The notes under the pieces were generated by a model. The model was not told the DNA's origin. It made no database searches and saw only the letters and a program-made list of their open reading frames with translations. Of a stretch of DNA of 64,000 bases, positions 60,441-64,000 are shown one piece after another; the stretch's first letter is position 1; each line of letters starts with the position of its first letter. The DNA is from Asterias rubens (Eukaryota): assembly GCF_902459465.1 (NCBI RefSeq), contig NC_047064.1:22630001-22694000 (forward strand), read 5' to 3'. The position numbers were made by a program, and so were the translations under genes.

Positions 60441-61200
60441 CACTTTTGTACAATTTCGCGGAGGATATTTTTGGTTAAGAAGATTGAGAGAGCCGTAATT
60501 ATTCAACTGATTTTGTGTTTGTTTTATAAGAATACTACAAAGAGGTAATTTCTATTGCATTTTTGTTTGCCAAAATCATTGAAATGTCGTTATTCATAGC
60601 TAAAATCATCCTTGCCGTATGTTGTTGGTTGAGAAGGACGCTTGAACGCAATGCAATCTGTGTATTTTTCTGTGGCAACTGGGTAGCTAGTTCTTTATAC
60701 TTCGCTCGTTAGGAAATGCGCCCACAGATGTTTCTGCCGATTAGCACTGGTCGTTGTACGCCCGCGGTAACACACATGGAACCTTTGAAGATGACTAGTT
60801 GTAACTCCTTTTGTTCCTTGCTCTATGCTTCAACAGATGGTGTGAAATCAAACCTTTAGTCTATGCTCAAGTCGGTGATGCCTCCTTTGTTGAATCATCA
60901 ATGTGAATCATTGACAGAGGGCGTTATGTTTCCATTGGTCCGTTGCACCTTTGGTTGTTCGAGGTTGTAAACTGGATCCAACCCACAACTACTCACATGG
61001 CGCTGATATAATGCAAACATTCAGTTCAGGATACCCTGGAAGCTAGGATTAGATTTCACACAGTCTGGTGTGTGATGCCTGCGAAAACGCACATCTAAAC
61101 CCCTCGAGCATGTTATTAACATCTTTTTTCGACAAACCGTAAATTTTACCTGCATGGAGACGCACAAGGGGAAAGACCCTCCAATGATCAACAGCTGGAT

Positions 61201-62763
61201 TAGCCTTGCTCAAGGCAGTCGAATTATTCACTCCGAAAAAAGACCGCCGCTGTATAAAAAAAAAAAAAACGTATTCACTGTGCGTAACATCGCACGACAC
61301 GATGCCCCGTACACTATCCGCATGCGTGGGCCGTCAGGCCGACACACAGTGGGCCAGGTCAAGGTCAAACTGCGCCAAAATAGGCAACTGGTGATTGTTT
61401 CAAAAATCAGTACTTCCATTTTGTTATTGTTCTTAATAGTCCAGGGGTATGTTAAAAGAAAGAATTAATGAAAAAAAACTCTTTAAAATTAGGGTTATGA
61501 CTTTATTTAGACAAAAAATCGTAACAAAGTGCGGCAAAACCGTTGAACTTAATGGGTATTTTAACTTGCGACCCTGAACGGCTCATAAAAGATAATGCCA
61601 TGAAAACCGTGTCGATGGTTGTTTATAGTCCATATTTCATAAAAATTAAATTAATAATCAGTTTAATTTCTGTTTACTGTTTGAAAAGGTCTGATAAATC
61701 CCATAAAATGCCACCTAGTTTTCATTTATTTCAATCAGAGACATAGGAAATATAAAATGCCGCCGATTGCCGCTTTGATTCTAACTTTTTTCAGTAGCCT
61801 GAACCTCCAGGAACAGTCTAAAACCAAATTTGGTTGCGACATTTTGCGATTTTGGATATTATTCAATTTTGAAGTTGTATACCCCTATGAGAAACGCCTG
61901 TTTTGACTCAACCACCTGTAACGACAGAGCGTGTGTCAGCGGTCATATTTCTCTGTTTAGCATCAAAGAAAGACCAACCTTTATGAGTACTGCTTTTAGA
62001 AACCCTTATGAAAACACACTTTGCATCGATCGCAAAACATTTGTTCACAAACTGTTTCTTTGATATGCCTAGGGGAAAAAATGAACAAAACGATATTAGT
62101 AGTTATTAAACTCTTGCCGACCAATCACGATTCAGGACTATGATGAAGTCATAGACCTTTAAAACCATGACCATCAAATTATACGTATCAGAAAACCCCT
62201 TACAACCAACTTTCCATCATAAATATGTTTAAATATAATTTTCACCAAAAATATGTTGAGATATAATTTTGGCACACTTTGATTCAATTCTGGCCCACTG
62301 TGCGACAGCCTTGTAGGGTCTGTGTTGAAGCCACTGACCTCATTACTATAACAAGCGAAGAGTTCCCACGGTCAGCTCATTACCATAATGCCCGCGAAAG
62401 ACGAGACATGTCTACATCACACCACGTGTTGTCTGATAGGTCTGACGAAAGATATAATATTCATGGACTGCATACTAGCATATCCGAGAGCCCCCCCCAA
62501 TTTTTTCCACAAGTGGACATTTTTCAATACAACACATTAAACCCGGAAGTTACAGACCCGACAAGGCTGTCGGTCTGACGGCCTCCGCATGCGGTTAGTG
62601 GTACGAGTGTGGATGACTTGTGTGCACAGTAGTCGTACGATGTGACAGTGTGTATATGGGTGGGCCATGCGGTGTGATCGCAAGCACCACGCACAGGGTA
62701 TACGGGTGGGTCTACAGCGGCGTCTTTTCGGAGCGAATAATGCGACTGCCTTGAGCAAGGCTA
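61201..62763. mobile_element. Non-autonomous long-TIR DNA transposon (1563 bp) with 9-bp target-site duplication
   Basis: cagctggat|tagccttgctcaaggcagtcg ... cgactgccttgagcaaggcta|cagccggat (8/9 match). Diverged arms extend ~150-200 bp; no transposase ORF inside. Confidence 0.78.
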
Positions 62764-62984
62764 CAGCCGGATGTCCCTAATATTGGATCTGAATTTTTGT
62801 TGTTTTGAAAATAAAATGAAATAAAATAAAATCAAACAACAGCACTCGAAAGAAGGGCAAGCTTGGATGGCATTTAAAGACGCCGGTCTATGAAGGCAGC
62901 TGGTCGTGGGTTCGAACTCCAACCAAGAAGCCATAAGTAAAGGCTGGAATTATCGAGTCCAACAGCGTCCGGATCAGAGTATTT

Positions 62985-63202
62985 ACCACGATCTGGGTCA
63001 TGTCGGACCTGACCCGTTTAGGGTCAGAATGACCCGGCATCCGAGTTAAAATGACACAGAAATGGGCAAAATTACGCAGATTTAGCTAAAATTCAATTGT
63101 TCAACCTCGATTCAGATTGACCCGTCAGCCTGACCCGGAGATGGGCCAGGTACCCTAGGGACCAAGAATTTGGGTCAATTCTGACCCGAATAAAGTTAGA
63201 GT
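62985..63202. repeat. Remnant rich in TGACCCG/GGGTCA motifs, possibly subterminal repeats of a CACTA-like element
   Basis: At least six tgaccc/gggtca motifs, ending ...aaagttagagt. Confidence 0.35.
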
Positions 63203-64000
63203 TTACTTCAGTTAAAATAAATAGCATCGTGTGATTGGTCGTTCATCATTATGGTATGCTGTCAATTTGGAGGATGTGTGAAAATAGTGAAAAGGCAGTC
63301 GTGTGATGATGGATGGTGCAGAGTGAATTACGGTGCCCGTGTGATGGTTGATGCATCACAGTGACAACATGATAGGTTTGTGCTCTAGGAAAATGATGCA
63401 TGATTCAAAAGACAATACATTACAAAAGTTGAAACCGGAGGGGGGGGGGGGGGGGTCATCTACGCGTAATCCCCAGGAGATGTTGGGAATATATTGGTCA
63501 CAGTTTGATGAACTTAATGATGCATGCCCCTCTTGACGTCTTCAAGTCAGAGGGCTACACAACTGCTCATCCTCCTCCCGATCCCAAACAGGATATAAGC
63601 TCCGGCACCGGCTGGGGGGCTCTTATAGTAGTCGTGTCTTGATGCCTTCTTGGATTCCCGTCATTGACGCGTTAGTGACGTGTAATTAGAAACACAGCGG
63701 TGATTTGGTTTCCTTATTCTCAAAGGAGTGGGAGTCAAAAAGCATAAGAGCGTGTAAAACAAAACAACATAAAACATACTACTGCTGCTATAAGATCACC
63801 ATATGGTTGACTTTATGATACTGTTTTTATCTCTTATGATACAGAGATGGGTAGAAAAGTGTGTTCGTGATCAACATTATAATAAAATCACTCGTCAGCA
63901 TTTGGTAGTATACGGCGAGTAGATTGCACAGTGGCTAGTCTATCACGCCTCCTCAAGCGAGTGCATCAGATGTTGTAGTTGCTCTGTGAGGTGAAGTAGC

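Noticed and set aside
59730-60506. 152-aa and 157-aa ORFs
   Set aside because: No recognisable domain or splice context; one runs through a poly(A)/poly(T) tract.
58085-62920. GGTTCGAA B-box motifs (58085 and ~62910) as tRNA genes
   Set aside because: No cloverleaf or paired A-box could be built; consistent with SINE remnants.

Overview
Eukaryotic (animal) genomic DNA, AT-rich and repeat-dense, with canonical GT-AG introns. The MITE families resemble those I recall from asteroid (sea-star) genomes; this taxon call is an inference and was not searched. Three spliced protein-coding genes can be assembled with consistent reading frames. (1) CHST-A, a CHST11-like Golgi carbohydrate sulfotransferase (Sulfotransfer_2/HNK-1ST family), + strand, CDS join(25725..25857,31334..31413,31933..32853), 377 aa. 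(2) SLC35B1 (UGTrel1/AXER), + strand, 7 exons, join(36490..36731,38861..38964,39998..40156,40418..40575,43711..43837,44778..44884,47131..47337), 367 aa, or 319 aa from the second ATG at 36634. (3) CHST-B, a paralogue convergent with SLC35B1, - strand, complement(join(49884..50768,51437..51501,53729..53846)), 355 aa. I found no supportable gene in 1-24 kb or 58-64 kb. These regions and the introns hold about 12 unrelated minisatellite arrays, many non-autonomous DNA transposons (Kolobok-like TTAA, Harbinger-like CWG, TA-flanked, hAT-like with 8-bp TSD, one with a 9-bp TSD), an L2-type LINE 3' end and a SINE remnant. I saw no rRNA, tRNA gene or CRISPR array. Most long ORFs in the track are artefacts of tandem repeats. 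The best leads are the CHST-SLC35B1-CHST arrangement, the shared gene architecture and RFX X-boxes of the two CHSTs, the SLC35B1 N-terminal extension and XBP1-like site, and a recurrent CCTAG core in unrelated minisatellites. None is proven to be a new system.
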